Shown piece by piece: positions 1-12,126 of a stretch of 39,928 nt of DNA. Location of the stretch: NCBI GenBank assembly GCA_004431415.1, contig QPMI01000369.1, forward strand, positions 1-39,928. The letters run 5' to 3'. How positions within the stretch are numbered: position 1 is the stretch's first letter; every line of letters starts with the position of its first letter. Made by a program: the position numbers and the translations under genes. The notes below the pieces were generated by a model that saw nothing but the letters and a program-made list of their open reading frames with translations, was not told the origin of the DNA and did not search any database. The stretch is from Cyanophora paradoxa CCMP329. Taxonomy: Eukaryota; Plantae; Glaucophyta.

Positions 1-1
1 G

Positions 2-169
2 CGGCCGCTCGCGGTGGCGGCCTCGCCTGGGGGCGCCGGGGGCGAGCAGTCGCCGCGGACGCCGCGGGGCCGCTCGGCGCCCCCCGTGGCGCTGCCCGTG
101 GCGGGGCGGGGCGGGGCGGAGCAGGAGGCCACCCTCCAGCGCCTCCTCGCCAAGTACGGCCGCCCCTGA
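2..169 (+). CDS. 3' end of an unidentified protein-coding gene (partial)
   Basis: Open frame ...GAEQEATLQRLLAKYGRP ends in TGA at 167-169. It is followed by the CCCCG-rich post-stop tract seen after other genes here, then an AT-rich convergent 3' region (~240-360). Confidence 0.55.
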   Translation, partial: RPLAVAASPGGAGGEQSPRTPRGRSAPPVALPVAGRGGAEQEATLQRLLAKYGRP

Positions 170-551
170 CCCCGCCCCGGCCCTCGTCGCGTGTATGGGG
201 CGGGCCCCCTCCCTGGGGCTCCCCTCCGTCCTCTCGGAGGCGCGATTCTCATCGCTCCCTCTGTGATTGAATGAATGAAGTGAATCCGTAAACAGGAGCC
301 GACATAAAAGTTCTTGAAAGCAAGGAGCGGGGCAGCAGCAAAATACATAAACTAGTAAGCCGGGGGCGGCGAAACGAGTGAAGCGGTGGCCGCGTCGGGC
401 CGGGGGAGGACGCTCGAGGCAGGCAGAGGGGCGGAGGGGCGGCGGGGAAGGGCGCGCTACAGTACAGGGCCCGGGGCGGGACGGGGCCCGGGCGGGGGAA
501 GGGAGGTGGGAAGAAGGGCCCGGAAAGGCGGAGGGGCGGGGCGGGCGGGGC

Positions 552-2620
552 CTACTTGTCCTCGTCGCCGGCGGCGTCCTCGTCGGCGACGAGGTCGACC
601 ATCTGGTCGATCAGGTTCTGCTGGCTCTGGTACACGTGCGAGTTGTTCTCCAGCGCCGCCACCAGCTGGAAGTAGTACCCGTACAGCTGCTTCTGCCGCA
701 CCGTCAGCCCCGCCTCCGGGTAGTAGTCCTCGACGCCCCGCGACGCCTCCTTGCCCTTGGCGCGGCGCCCGGCGCCCTCGCCGCCGTCCGTGGCGTCGTC
801 GTCCTCCTCCTCCTCGGGCTCGGGCTCCTGGTGGCGGTTGCGCCGCGCCATCTTCGCCTGCAGCCGCCGCTTCGCGTTCTGCTGCTGCGTCTCCTCGAGG
901 TTGTTCAGCAGCACCGCGATGAAGAGGTTGATGAACACGAAGCTGCCCGGGGCCGAGGCGAGGGCGTCAGGGGCGCGCGCGGGGCGCGGGCCGGGCGCGG
1001 GGCGGACGTCTCGATGACGATGTAGGCGATGAAGAAGAAGATGATGGTCTGGTCCCTCTCGCGGACCTCCTCGTAGTAGAGCGACCAGTCGTCCAGCGTG
1101 ATCAGCTGGAACAGCGTCATCATCGCCAGCGGCAGGCTCCCGAACCTGCCGCCCCCGTCGGCCCCCCGCGCCCCGGAGGCGAGGCGGGGCGGGGCGGGGC
1201 GGGGGGGCCGACGCACCGCGAGGGGAGGAGTTCGCCGTAGGTGGTGCGCCCGATGACCGCGAAGACGTCTGCGGGGGCGTCAGCAGGCGCGGCAGGTGCG
1301 CCAGAGGCGAGATTGCAGAAGGTGCGGACAGAGGATGAGGAAAAGGAGCATGGAGACGGAGCCCATGGCGGGGATCGAGTTCAGCACCGTCGCCACGATC
1401 ACCTGCCCGGGGCTCAGCCGGCGGCGGCGGGGGGCGGGGGGCGGGGCGGCGCGTGCGCGCCTGGAGCTTCTTGAGGAAAGAGATGGCGCGGAGGGCGCGG
1501 AGGGCGCGCAGGGCCCGCAGCGCGCGGAGCACGCGCAGCAGCCGGAAGATCTTCGGGTTGAACGACGTCGACATCCCCATGATGAAGAAGCGGATCCAGT
1601 CCGCGAACGACGAGATCACGATCAGCAGGTCTGCGCGCGCGTGCGCGGGGCGAGCTCAGGCGCGGCGCGCGGCCCGGGCGCCCGCCGGCCTCGGAGCCGC
1701 CGCACCAAAGACGTTCCAGCCGACCTGCGGGCGGGGCCGGCGTGAGGCGCCGCAGCGGCCGGGGCGCGGCCGGGGCGCGCTGCGTGCGCGGCACCTTCCA
1801 GAAGTGCGAGCGCCACACGAAGAGCTTCGCGCAAGACTCTGCTCGCCGTCAGGCGGGCACGGGGCGCGCAGCGGGCCGCGGGGCGCGGGCCGCCGGGCCG
1901 CACCGAAGACGTAGATGCCGAGGAAGCTGCGCGGCGGCGTCACGGGGGCAGAGGGGCGGGCGGGGAGGCGGCGCTCACATGTTATCTATCAGTTGGATCT
2001 GCCAGCCTGCGCCCCCGCTGTGAGCGATCTGCAGGCGCGGAGGCGGGGGCCGCGGACCGGCAGAGAGGGTGATGGACTTGTTCGTTTGCAGGGCGATGAG
2101 GATCGTGTTCATGAGGATGACGGACAGGATCGCGTTGTTGAACCACTTCTGCTTGAGGATCTGCCGGCGGGGCTTAGCCACCCGTGCGGCGGTGGCCGTC
2201 CGGCGGCGCTTGCCTCGTGAACCCATTTCCTCATGCCGCCCCACTGCAGCATCTGTAGCTTTAAGGCGCGTTCCCTGCACATCGAGCAGCGCGGTGAGGC
2301 TAAACCGCGCGGGGCGGGTTAGATTGGATCGCCCGGCGCACATCTGTTCGGTCGCCGAGGCGGCCGAGCCGGTTGAGACCTGGGATTCAGAGCCGGCGCC
2401 GGTCTGGGACTCGCTGCCCCGCGCAGAGCCGCCATCTCGCTGGGATCCGCCATCCCCGCTGTGCGCGGAGCCCGCGAAGGAGCTGGCCGCATCGTCGTTC
2501 TCTGCGAGTCACCGGCGTCAGACCCGCCGCATGTGCGGGCGTGTGGGGCTTGCCTGTATTGAAGGATTCGCTCCGCTTCAGGCCACCCCGCTTGGGCCGG
2601 CCCTCCGCTGCCGGTGGCAT
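552..2620 (-). CDS. CATSPER1: CatSper alpha-subunit-like (CatSper1-type) single-domain voltage-gated Ca2+ channel, multi-exon
   Basis: Spliced 6-TM channel: S1 WFNNAILSVILMNTILIALQT; S4 IFRLLRVLRALRALRALRAISFL; pore MTLFQLITLDDWSLYY; S6 FVFINLFIAVLLNNL. The C-terminal QKQLYGYYFQLVAALENNSHVYQSQQNLIDQMVD resembles the CatSper1 C-terminal helix as I recall it. Start MPPAAEG at 2620 is joined via GC-AG intron 2553-2502; stop TAG 552-554. Confidence 0.85.
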
Positions 2621-2817
2621 CTATGATTCGTGAGGTGCTTTGATGGCTGGCGGCGCAGGGACTCCCGGGAGAGAGGCTGGTCAAGTGTGCGGATTAAGCA
2701 GGTGCCTTGGCCAGCAGTGCCTCCAGCCGGTCTGCCGAGAGCCCAAAGCGCTGCTCTTTTTTTGCACCCGGGTAGGCTCGCTTCGCCGCAGATCGAAGTC
2801 AGCGAGCTCCAGCGGCG

Positions 2818-5215
2818 ATGCAGCGGGCAGCGTTCAGCGCGGCGGTGCCGGGCCTTCGTTTGCGGTCATCGTGGCCGCTTCGCTGCTCGTGCACGTCGAC
2901 GAGCGCCGGGGCGGCGTGTCGGACGCGCAGCGAGCTGGCGCGTGCGAGCGCGTCGCGCGGAGGCGTATCGTTGGCGTCCAAGTGGGTCGGCACGCTTCCC
3001 CAGCCGCTCCGGAGGCCCTGGTTCGGGCACAGCGAAGCCCGCCTGAGCTCGCTGCGGTGCGGGGTCACGATCCGCCCCGCCCGCGTGCCTCGCCCGACGC
3101 TCGCCTCGTGCGCGTCAGGTACGCGGTGCCGGGGATCATGGCGTGCGCGCGGCGGTCGAGCAGTGACCGGGCGCGAGCGAGGGCGGACGAGCCGATTGAC
3201 GCGGCGTACGGGGAGCCGGATCTGGAGGCGCTGGACGACGAGATGGAGAGCCCGAAGGCGGCGCAGGGGGCGGGCCCGGGGGACGTGCAGGCGCTGGCCT
3301 TCGCGAGCGCCTTCCACGCGCCGGTGATGTGGCGGGAGTGCGTGGAGAGCCTGGTGACGGAGGAGGTGCTGGAGGAGGGCGGCGTGCTCGTGGACTGCAC
3401 GCTCGGCGGGGGCGGGCACACGAGCGCCCTCCTCGCCGCCCTCTTCGAGGCGCGGCGGCCCACCCTCCTCGTCTCCATCGACCAGGACTTCCGCGTCCGC
3501 CCCCCACCGCCGCCCCGCCCGCCACACCGCGCCGCGCCGCCCCGCGCCCCGCCGAGCGAGCGGCGGGGGCGCAGGCGCTCGGGGTGTCGAACCGGCGGGT
3601 GGAGGCGCTGGCGCGGCGGCTCGAGGCGGGGGCCCGGCGGTGGAGCCCCCGGCGCCGGCGGAGGAGGCGGACCCCGAGAGCGAGGAGGCGAACGAGGAGG
3701 AGGGCGAGGGGGATGACTGGGGCGAGCTCGACGAGGAAGGGCGCCCGGCGGGGGCGCGGGGCGGGCCGATCGAGCACGTGCCCGTGCGGCACCGAGTCGA
3801 GCTGCGGGGCCGGCACGCGCTGCACGCCTGGCAGTCCGTCCACGCCAACTTCCGCGACCTCCACGCCGTCGTCCGGGTCCGCCCGCCCTCCCCGCGGCCC
3901 CCCTGCTCGCCGGCGGCGAGGCCGGCGCAGGCGGCGTGGGAGGCCGAGGCGGAGGCGCGCGGGGGCGAGGCCCTCCCGCCGGCGGGCCCGCGGGTGCGCC
4001 CGCCCGCCCCGCCCCGCGCGGCGCCGGGGCGGGACACGGGTCACGTGCGGGGCAGTGCGGGGGGTGCTGATGGACCTGGGGATGTCGAGCCACCACATCA
4101 ACGACCGCCGCCGCGGCTTCTCCTACGCCCGCCCGGGGCCCCTCGACATGCGCATGGACCCCACTAGCACCGAGCTCACCGCCTCGTCCGCCCCGCCCCG
4201 CCCCGCTTCGCCGGCCGCGCCCCGCCGAGGCGAGGCGGCGCCGGGCAGGTACATCGTGAACCGGTGGCCGGTAGACGACATCAAGCAGCTCCTCTACCGC
4301 CTCGGGGAGGAGCCCCGCGCCGGTGCCGCCCCGCCCCGCCCCGCGCCGCCGCCGCGCCGCCGGGGCGGGGTGCGAGGGGGCGGGCAGGGCCGATCGCGCG
4401 GGAGATGTCGCGGCGGCGGCCGCTGCGGAGCACCGTCGCCCTCGCCGAGGCCGTCAAGGCCGTCGTCCCCTGTTCGCCGTCCCCGCCCGCCCCGCCCGCC
4501 CCGCCCCGCCCCGCCCCGCCCCACGAGTGCCGAGCCGCGAGCGGGGGGCAGACAAGGAGCAGAACAAGTCCCTCGCCCGCGTCTTCCAGGTGCCCCCGCC
4601 GGCCCGCTTGCCCGCCCGGCCGGGGCGAGCGGGCGGCAGGCGCTGCGGATCCACGTGAACGACGAGCTGGCGGTGCTGGAGCGGGCGCTGGGGCAGGCGC
4701 ACGCCGTGCTCGCCCCGGCCGGCCGCCTCTCCGTCATCTCCTACCACTCCCTCGAGGACCGGCGGGTCAAGCACGTGCTCAAGACGGGGAACCTCGAGGG
4801 CCGCCCCGTGCACGACATGTACGGCAACCTCCTCTGCCCCTGGCGCCTCGTCTCCCGCAAGCCCCTCGCCCCCTCCGACGCCGAGATCTTCGTCCGCCCG
4901 CCCCGCCCCGCGCCCCCCCGACCCCGCGCCCCGCGCGCCGGCCTAAGGGGGCGGGGGGCAGCACAACTCGCGGGCGCGGAGCGCGCGGCTGCGGGTGGCG
5001 GAGCGCTCCGACCTCGACCTCGCCGCCTACGAGCAGCAGTACGGCCTCGGTAGGCCCCCCGCCCCGCACCGCCCCGATGGCCGTCCCGGGGTCCGCCTCA
5101 CGGGGCCGCAGTGGCGCTGGACGAGCCCAAGGTGCCCCGCATGGCCTCCGTCCGCCGCGCCCTCGACCGCCGCGGCTCCTCCGACTCCTCCGGCGGCCGC
5201 CGCGGGCGCCGGTAG
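2818..5215 (+). CDS. rsmH: 16S rRNA m4C1402 methyltransferase RsmH/MraW, probably plastid-targeted, multi-exon
   Basis: Motifs [93 protein letters not shown]-terminal extension MQRAAF. Needs a 1-nt correction near 3630. Stop TAG 5213-5215. Confidence 0.93.
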
Positions 5216-5536
5216 CGCCCCGCGCCGCCCCACCCCGGAAGCGCCTGCGCTTCGCGCGAGTTCGAATTCCGGGTTCCGACGGCATTGAAAGGATGTACAA
5301 CTACGGAGAGCAACTACGAAGAGCTCTAATGCCTGCGCTCCTACCCTTTACATAGACGAAACTAGTCCTAACGTCGCTGGGTGAAAAAGAGCCGCGCCGG
5401 CACTGCAGAGCAGGACGGCAGGCGACTGCTCTGCTGGAACGCCGACAGGGAGCCGCCGCATGCAGGCCACGCAGCAGTTTCTGTCGTGCTCCAGAAGAGG
5501 CAAAGAAAAAGCGGTAGGCGGTCCACGCCTGGTCCA

Positions 5537-6159
5537 TCAAAACTCAGAACAATGCACCCGTTCCCTGTCCCTGTCGTGTCCGCGGTGAGCGCGCGCAGCC
5601 GTGCGGTCGCACGAAGCGCGTCGCGTGAGACGCACTGGATAGTGCCCTTGACTAGACGGGGGCGTCGGGTATTGCTTTCCAAACGGCGGATCTAGGTTGC
5701 CTGGTGGCGCTGATGCGATGGATCTGTTGCTGGGCTGTGCAAATTGCTGGTGATGCGGCAAAGGCGGCCCGACGCCGAACCGCTCGCCTTCCAGGCCGGA
5801 TGTCCGCTTCGTCCATGCCTCTTCTACATTCCCTTTGGTGTGGGCGCTCCGCGGCCTCCTTCCGCCCTGGACGTGTGAACTGTCAGCAACTTCCTCCGAT
5901 TCGGGGAGGGCGGGTTTTCGCACGGCGGCAGTCTCTGGCCTCCCACCCGAGTTCTGTATAAACTGCTGCACTGCCTTGCTCATCGCGCGAGGGTCCGGCA
6001 GTGGGGGTACGTATGCGTTGAGGTGAGGGGGGTACCCACGAATCGAACGGCAGCCCCTGGTCCCGCAGTGGCGTGTTCTTTCAACGCAGCAAAAGTAGAA
6101 GTCGACGTTAGCGTACTAGCTCATTCTCGTAAAGCCGACTTGGCCGCATACGATGGCAT
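5537..6159 (-). CDS. possible small hypothetical protein (lower GC, spliced)
   Basis: ATG at 6159 can be joined in frame to the 5537-5983 ORF (..PPHLNAYVPPLPDPRAMSKAVQQFIQ..) through an intron with a CTAAC branch. A further GTGCGT..CTCAC..CAG intron-like segment lies near 5572-5635. No recognisable domain. Confidence 0.3.
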
Positions 6160-6593
6160 CGGAGTCGCTCGTGCTAAAGCCCAGCTTCGCGCCCCCTGCT
6201 CCTCCTTTCGGTGCGTTCTTTTGTACTCCGCGGGGCTCTGCGCCTTCTCCGCTCGTGTTTTCCGACCAGCCGCCTCGCAGCACGAAAGCCTGCAGCCCCG
6301 CCTGCCGAGCCAGCCCCGACCCCTGCTCCTGAATCCGTCAGTAATCCGGCAAATGTGATTGCAGGTCCGCCGCGTCCTTGCGTTAGCTAGGCACTAGCTA
6401 GCCCCGACGCCCGACGCCCTTGCCCAGGACGCCAGACGAGTACGCCGGCGAATCCCAAACGCAGTGACTCCGCTCCCCGGGCACGGATCGGTGAGCGAAG
6501 CCGCCGACCTAACGATCGGCGAGCCTGGCAGAGCTAGCTAATTGCCCTGACCGCCTCGCCCGTCCAGGCTCGATCATACACGACGGCGCTGAG

Positions 6594-8355
6594 ATGGCGC
6601 GCAACAGCTGGATTTCGTCGTCGCAAATGTCCCTGCGCTCCGGCCTGCAGGAGAAGCCGGCCGCAAGGCCGAAGACGCCGAGGGGGGAGGCGGCGACGTC
6701 CGCGACGCCGCACACGGAGCGCTGGGCGCACCTGAAGCGGGACGTGGAGGCGAAGGTGACGGAGCAGACGCCGCAGCGCCTGCGGTTCGACGAGCCGCAG
6801 TCGAAGCGGACGCCCGGCGGGGCCGTCCAGCGGGGCCGCCACCCCCGAGTGGACCCCTTCAGCAGCTCCCTCGCCGGGAGCGCCCTGCTGCCCAAGGGCG
6901 CCGAGGCGCGCCGCTCTTCCTTTTCGCTTCCTTTTGGACGTGACGCGGGTTGGGCAGGCGGTGCCGACAGAGATGTGGACGCCGGCGTCGACGTGCCCGC
7001 GGCCGCTCCCGGGCGACCTCGCCGCCTACCGCCTCGAGCAGATGGGCAGCGCCTCCCGCCGCGGCTTCGAGCGCGACCGTGCGGCCCTACCCCGCCCCGC
7101 GCCCCCGGCCCGCTCCGGCCCGCCCCGGCCCGACGCCTCCCCGCAGCGATCCTGGACGGGGAGGAGCACACGGCGCGCCCCGCCTCACGCCGCCCTCCCG
7201 CCGCGTGCGAGGCGCCCGGCTGACGGCGGCGGCAGGAGCGGCCGCAGCGGAAGCGGTCGACGGGAACGCCGATCCTGACGCTGGCGATCCACGAGGGGGA
7301 GGACGACCTCACGCTCGCCCAGAAGCGCATGCTCCGCGCCAAGCCCGAGTACAAGGACGACTGCGCCGGCGTCCGCACCGACAAGGCCCGCCCCGCCGCC
7401 CCGCGCCCGCCGCCCCGCGCCGAGCGGCGCGCCGCGCAGGTGCGCGACGACCGGCGGATAAAGCGGTCGGCGGCGCCGCCGGTGACGCACGAGGATACGC
7501 GCTTGTACAACCGCAAGGTGGCGCGGGGCGCGCGGGGGGCGCCCGGCTGGGCGGGGGCCGACGGGGGGGCGCAGTTCACGCCGCTGAGCCACCTGACGAA
7601 CCCGCGGGACCCGATCCTGCAGGAGGCGCCCGAGTTCGACGCGAGCCTTGCGCGCGCCGAGTCGCTCCGCGTCTTTCGCGAGAAGCTCCACGACCGCTAC
7701 GACGACCAGCGGAACGAGGCCCGCCGCGCCCCGCCGCCCCGCGCGCCGGGGCCTGAGGGCGGGGGCAGGAGCGGGACCTCTTCCGGCTCTCGCCGGAGAA
7801 GCGGCCGCGGACGCCGTCGGAGCTGTACACGCAGCGCACGGGGGAGCGGCTCTTCGGCGAGGCCGCCATCGACGAGGCCGCCGTCGCGCACGGCCTCCGC
7901 ACCGCCGTCCCCCGGCCCCCGGGCCACGACGACGGTCCCCGCCCCGCCCCGCCCCGCCGCGCCCCGCCCCCCGCCGGCCCCGCTCACCCCGCCGCCAGTC
8001 CTCAAGTACCGCCACTCGGGCGGCATCTGCCCCGACGACTACGCCGTGCGCCCCGCGCACCCCCGCGCGGCCGCCAGCGCCGGCGGTCGCCGACTCGGGA
8101 ACAGATCGCGGACCGGCGGGGGGAGCGGGGCGAGTACGAGGAGCGGCTGCAGGACCTGGCGCGCATCAAGCTCGAGGTCGACCACGTCTACAACGGTGCC
8201 CCGCCCCGCCCCGCCCCGCCGCCGCGCGGGGGCCGAGGCGGGGCGCAGTGATCCGGGCGCGGGCGGAGAAGACGAGCAAGGCGCTGCGCGAGTTCCTCTA
8301 CGACAAGGCCAGCGCCGCCCGCGCCAACGCCGCCCTCCGCTCCATCTCCCCGTGA
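6594..8355 (+). CDS. hypothetical protein, multi-exon
   Basis: MARNSWISSSQMSLRSG... stays open across ~9 short GT/GC-AG introns to ...KALREFLYDKASAARANAALRSISP*, TGA 8353-8355. Codon bias matches the neighbouring genes. Confidence 0.7.
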
Positions 8356-8636
8356 CCCCGCCCCCGCCCCGCGTGCTGTGCAACTCGAGCAGCCGTCATT
8401 CCGATGCAGTCGCCATGGACCGCTGCTTTTCGAACTCGCGGGTCGCGACCAGAACGTTTCAAATAGGAGATGAACTGTACATACATAAATGCGGCGGCTG
8501 AAAAAGTCCAGTCAGGGGTCTACTACGAGACTCTAGATCTATTCACTATAGCACTGGGCGCTGCCTGCTAAGCATGCTGCGCACACGAGCGGGAGATTCG
8601 AAGGAGATGCGGGGCGTGGGGGCGGGGCGGGGCCCC

Positions 8637-11600
8637 TCAGAAGACCTTCTCCTGGATGAAGGAGCGCACGCTCTCGATGGCGCCCTGCGCAACGGAGGCG
8701 AGCAGGCCGCCCTCCCCGCCCGCCCCGCTGCCCCGCTCCGAGAAGCTCATCGAGCGCCGCAGCGTCTTCCCGCCGACGTCGCGCGCCGGCGTCGAGGGGA
8801 GGCTGCCCGTGCCCTCCGCGAGGCCGGGGGCGCGCTGGCGGAGGGCGCGGGAGGAGCTCGGGGCGGCCGGCGTCGCCGGGCCCGCCTCCAGGTCCTTCTC
8901 CAGCTGCTCGATCTGCCCCCGCGGTGAGGCAGCTGGCACCGGCGGCGGTCCGGGGCGGCCGGTGCGCACGAGGCCGTTCTTCACGACCGAGTTGGACTCG
9001 AGGAGCTCCTGGTACGTCTTCACGCTCTGCCGCAGCTGCGGGGGAATCGGCCGGGAAGCGGGAGCGGGGGCGGGGCCGGGTGCGGGGGTGGGCGGACGAG
9101 GGCGAGGGTCTCGCGGTCCTTGGCGGAGACGTCGCGCCTGCGGCCGGAGAGGAAGCTCGCCCCGTAGTCCTCGTCGAACAGCGTCTCCAGCCGCATGAAC
9201 CTGCCCCGCCCCGCCCCGCCCCGCTCGCCCCCGGCCCGGCCCGGCGCGGCCCGGCGCGGCGGGGAGCGGGGGCGGACGTCTTGCGGAGCTCTGTGATGCG
9301 GCGCTCGTAGATGTCGAGCTCGCGGCGCAGGCGGGCGCGCTCCTCGGCGAGGCGCCCGTCGGCGAGGCGCGCCTCCGACTCGACCTGCGCCCGCCGCGCC
9401 TCTGCCTGCTGCAGCGCCGCCGTCATGCTCCGCAGCTCCCCCTCCACCGCCGCCTTCGACTCCTCCAGCCGCGCCCGCTGGCCCTCGGCCTGCTCCCGCG
9501 CCGCCCGCTCCCCCTTCACGGCCGCCTGGAGCCGCGTGACGAGCGCCCGCAGCCGCTCGGGGTCGGCCTCGGCGCCCGAGGGGTCGAGGGGCACGCCCCC
9601 GGGGCGGCGGCGGCGAGGCGGTCGAGCTCGAGGCGCAGGCGGGCGGCGGCGGCGCGCTGGAGGTCGAGCTCGCGGGCGAGGTCGGCGTTGGCGCGGAGGA
9701 GGTGCTTGTAGTCGAGCAGGAGGCGCGTCTTGTCGATGCGCGCCAGCGTCGCCTGGAAGAGCTCCGCCTCCTCCGCCGACATCTCCTTCCGCCGCGCCGC
9801 CGCCGCCGCCGCCCCCGCGGGGCTCCCCGGCGAGGCGGCGGCGGCGGCGGCGGCGGCGGAGGCCGTGCGGGGTGCGACGGGGTGGAGAGGGGCGTGATGG
9901 CGCCGTCCCGCCGCAGGCTCTCCAGCAGCTCCTCCGCCGCCCTGCGACGCCCTCAGCCCCGGCGCCCGGCGCGGGCTGCGAGGCGCGGGACGGGGCGGAC
10001 CGGTCGTGGGGCCCGGGCCCGGCGTGGCCGCCGACGGAGCGGACGCCGGCGGCGGCGGCGGTGGCGCGGGTGCGGGGCGAGGCGGCCTCGGCGGGGAGGG
10101 GCCCGTAGGCGGCCCGGTAGCCCTGCACCTCGCCCCGCAGGTTCTCGATCGCCGCCTCCGCCTGTAGCAGCCGCGACGCCAGGTCCTCGTGCTTTGCCAC
10201 CCCCGCGCTCGTCCGCAGCTCGCCCAGGCCGGCCTGCAGCGCCCGCCGCTCCGCCTCCCACCCCGCCTTCTCCTGCGCCAGCGCCCGCGCCGCCTGCTCC
10301 AGCCGCCCACGCTCCTGCTCCGCCGCCTGCAGCGCCTCCCGCGCGCCCCGCAGCTCCCCCGCCGCCGCCTCGCTCTCCCGCCGCTTCGCCTGCCGCCGCC
10401 TCAGCGCGGGCACGGCGGGGCGGGGGTGGCGGGGGCGCGGGGCGGGCGGGCCTCGGAGGCGTCGAGGCGGGCGCGGAGGTCGCGGGCGTCGGCGGCGGCG
10501 TGGGCGAGGGCCGCCTCGGCCGCGGAGCGGCGGGCGGCCTCCTCCTGGGCGCGGGTGGCGAGGGCGATGCGGTCCGCCTCGAGGATCGCCGCCTGGTGCC
10601 GCTCCAGCTCCAGCGCCTCCCCCGCCCGCACCAGCTCCGTCCGCAGCGCCTCCGCCCCGTCCTGCGCCCCTGCGCCCCTCGCGCCCCGCCCCGCGCCCCC
10701 GCACGCCGCCCCGCCCGCCCCGCACCTTGAGCTCCTCCCGCAGCTCGGCCGGCCGCATCGCGGCGAGCTCCTGCGCGCGCTGCTGCGCCGCCTGCGGGAC
10801 CGTCGGCGGCGGGGAGGGCGGGGGACGGGGCCGGGCGGGCCTCGAGGTCGGCATGGATGCGGGCGGCGTCGGCGCGGGCGGCGGCGAGCTCGCCGCGCAG
10901 CCGCTCCGCCTCCACCTTCTCCGCCTTCGCCTCCGCCCGCATCCGCTCGCCCTCCTGCGCCAGCACCCGCTCCACCTGCCGCCCGCCCTCGGCCCCGCCC
11001 CGCAGGCCCGGCGCCGGCGCCGCGCACCATGCACTGCTTCTCCGCCTTCTCCCGCTTCTTCTGCTCCTCATTCAGGCGGGCCTGCAGCTCCTCGCACTCT
11101 GCGGGGCGCGCGTTCGGGGCGGGAGGAAAGGCGGGGAAGAGGAAGCGGGGCCGGGGCGCACCGCGGCGGAGGCGGGCGACGTCCTCGTGGTCGTCCTTGC
11201 GCACGATGGCCCGGATCGAGTCCAGCAGCGCCCGGTACCGCGCCTCCTCCTTCCTCTCCTTCCGCTTCGCCTTCCCCGCCCCCGACTCCTCCCCGCTCGA
11301 GCTGCTGCTGCTGCTGCTTGCGCTGCTGCTGCTGCTGCTCGGATCCGCGCGGCGCCTCCTGGCTTCCGCCGGCCGCGCGCCCCCGTTCTCGAGAAGCTCT
11401 CCGGACGAGCAACCATCAGAGGCTATGGAAGAGGAGGAGCTTGGAAGCGGGGCTGGCGCTGGCGCATGTGCTCGTCGCGGTTCGGGCGGCGAGTCTGTCC
11501 CGGCGCGGCTGCGAGCGGGGAGCCGGGGCTCGCTCGTTCCCGCCGCTTCAGCACTCCCGCTCTCCAGGAGCCGTTCGAGCTGGTCCGCCCCTATCGACCT

Positions 11601-11914
11601 GCAGGCGGCCGAGGGCAGCGCAACGGTCAGCTTGCTTCCGATCGCGGTTCGCGGGGCGAATCGCATCCGCTCTGAAGAATACATCTCTATTCAGACTCGG
11701 CGCGGGCGGCTCACCGCATCGAGGATGCCTGGGAGCCGGCTCCTGCCAAGCTCCGGTTGCTGTCCGCTGTTCCGAGCAGGCCGCTCAGCGCAGCGTCGCC
11801 GCTGGGCGTCGTGTTGCGATTGGCCGCGCTTGCTCCGGCCGAGCTGGCGCGCGGCGGAGACGCCACTGCAGGCGGCACGGGCGGCAGCTCAATCGGCTCC
11901 GAGGGTCCAGCCAT
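8637..11914 (-). CDS. long coiled-coil protein of unknown function, multi-exon
   Basis: Start MAGPSEPIELPP (11914), a Ser-rich segment, then E/A/R/L heptad-rich exons (ECEELQARLNEEQKKREKAEK, LRRELDIYERRITELRK), ending IESVRSFIQEKVF*, stop 8637-8639. Confidence 0.75.
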
Positions 11915-12126
11915 CCGCGCCGACAGCGCTTGAAGCAGCGCTGGATCTCCAAGTCTTCCGCAGCCGAGCCCAGCGTGCAGGGACCCGAAACGTCCGGAGA
12001 CTTGCGACACTTCGGTATCCCCCCTTGCTCCTTCAACCTCGTTTCCAGCGCGCCGAGCGCCACCGCACACGGTATAGCTGCCCAAGGAAGACGAGCCGAC
12101 GCGATCCGCGCGCACGCTCCAGGCCT

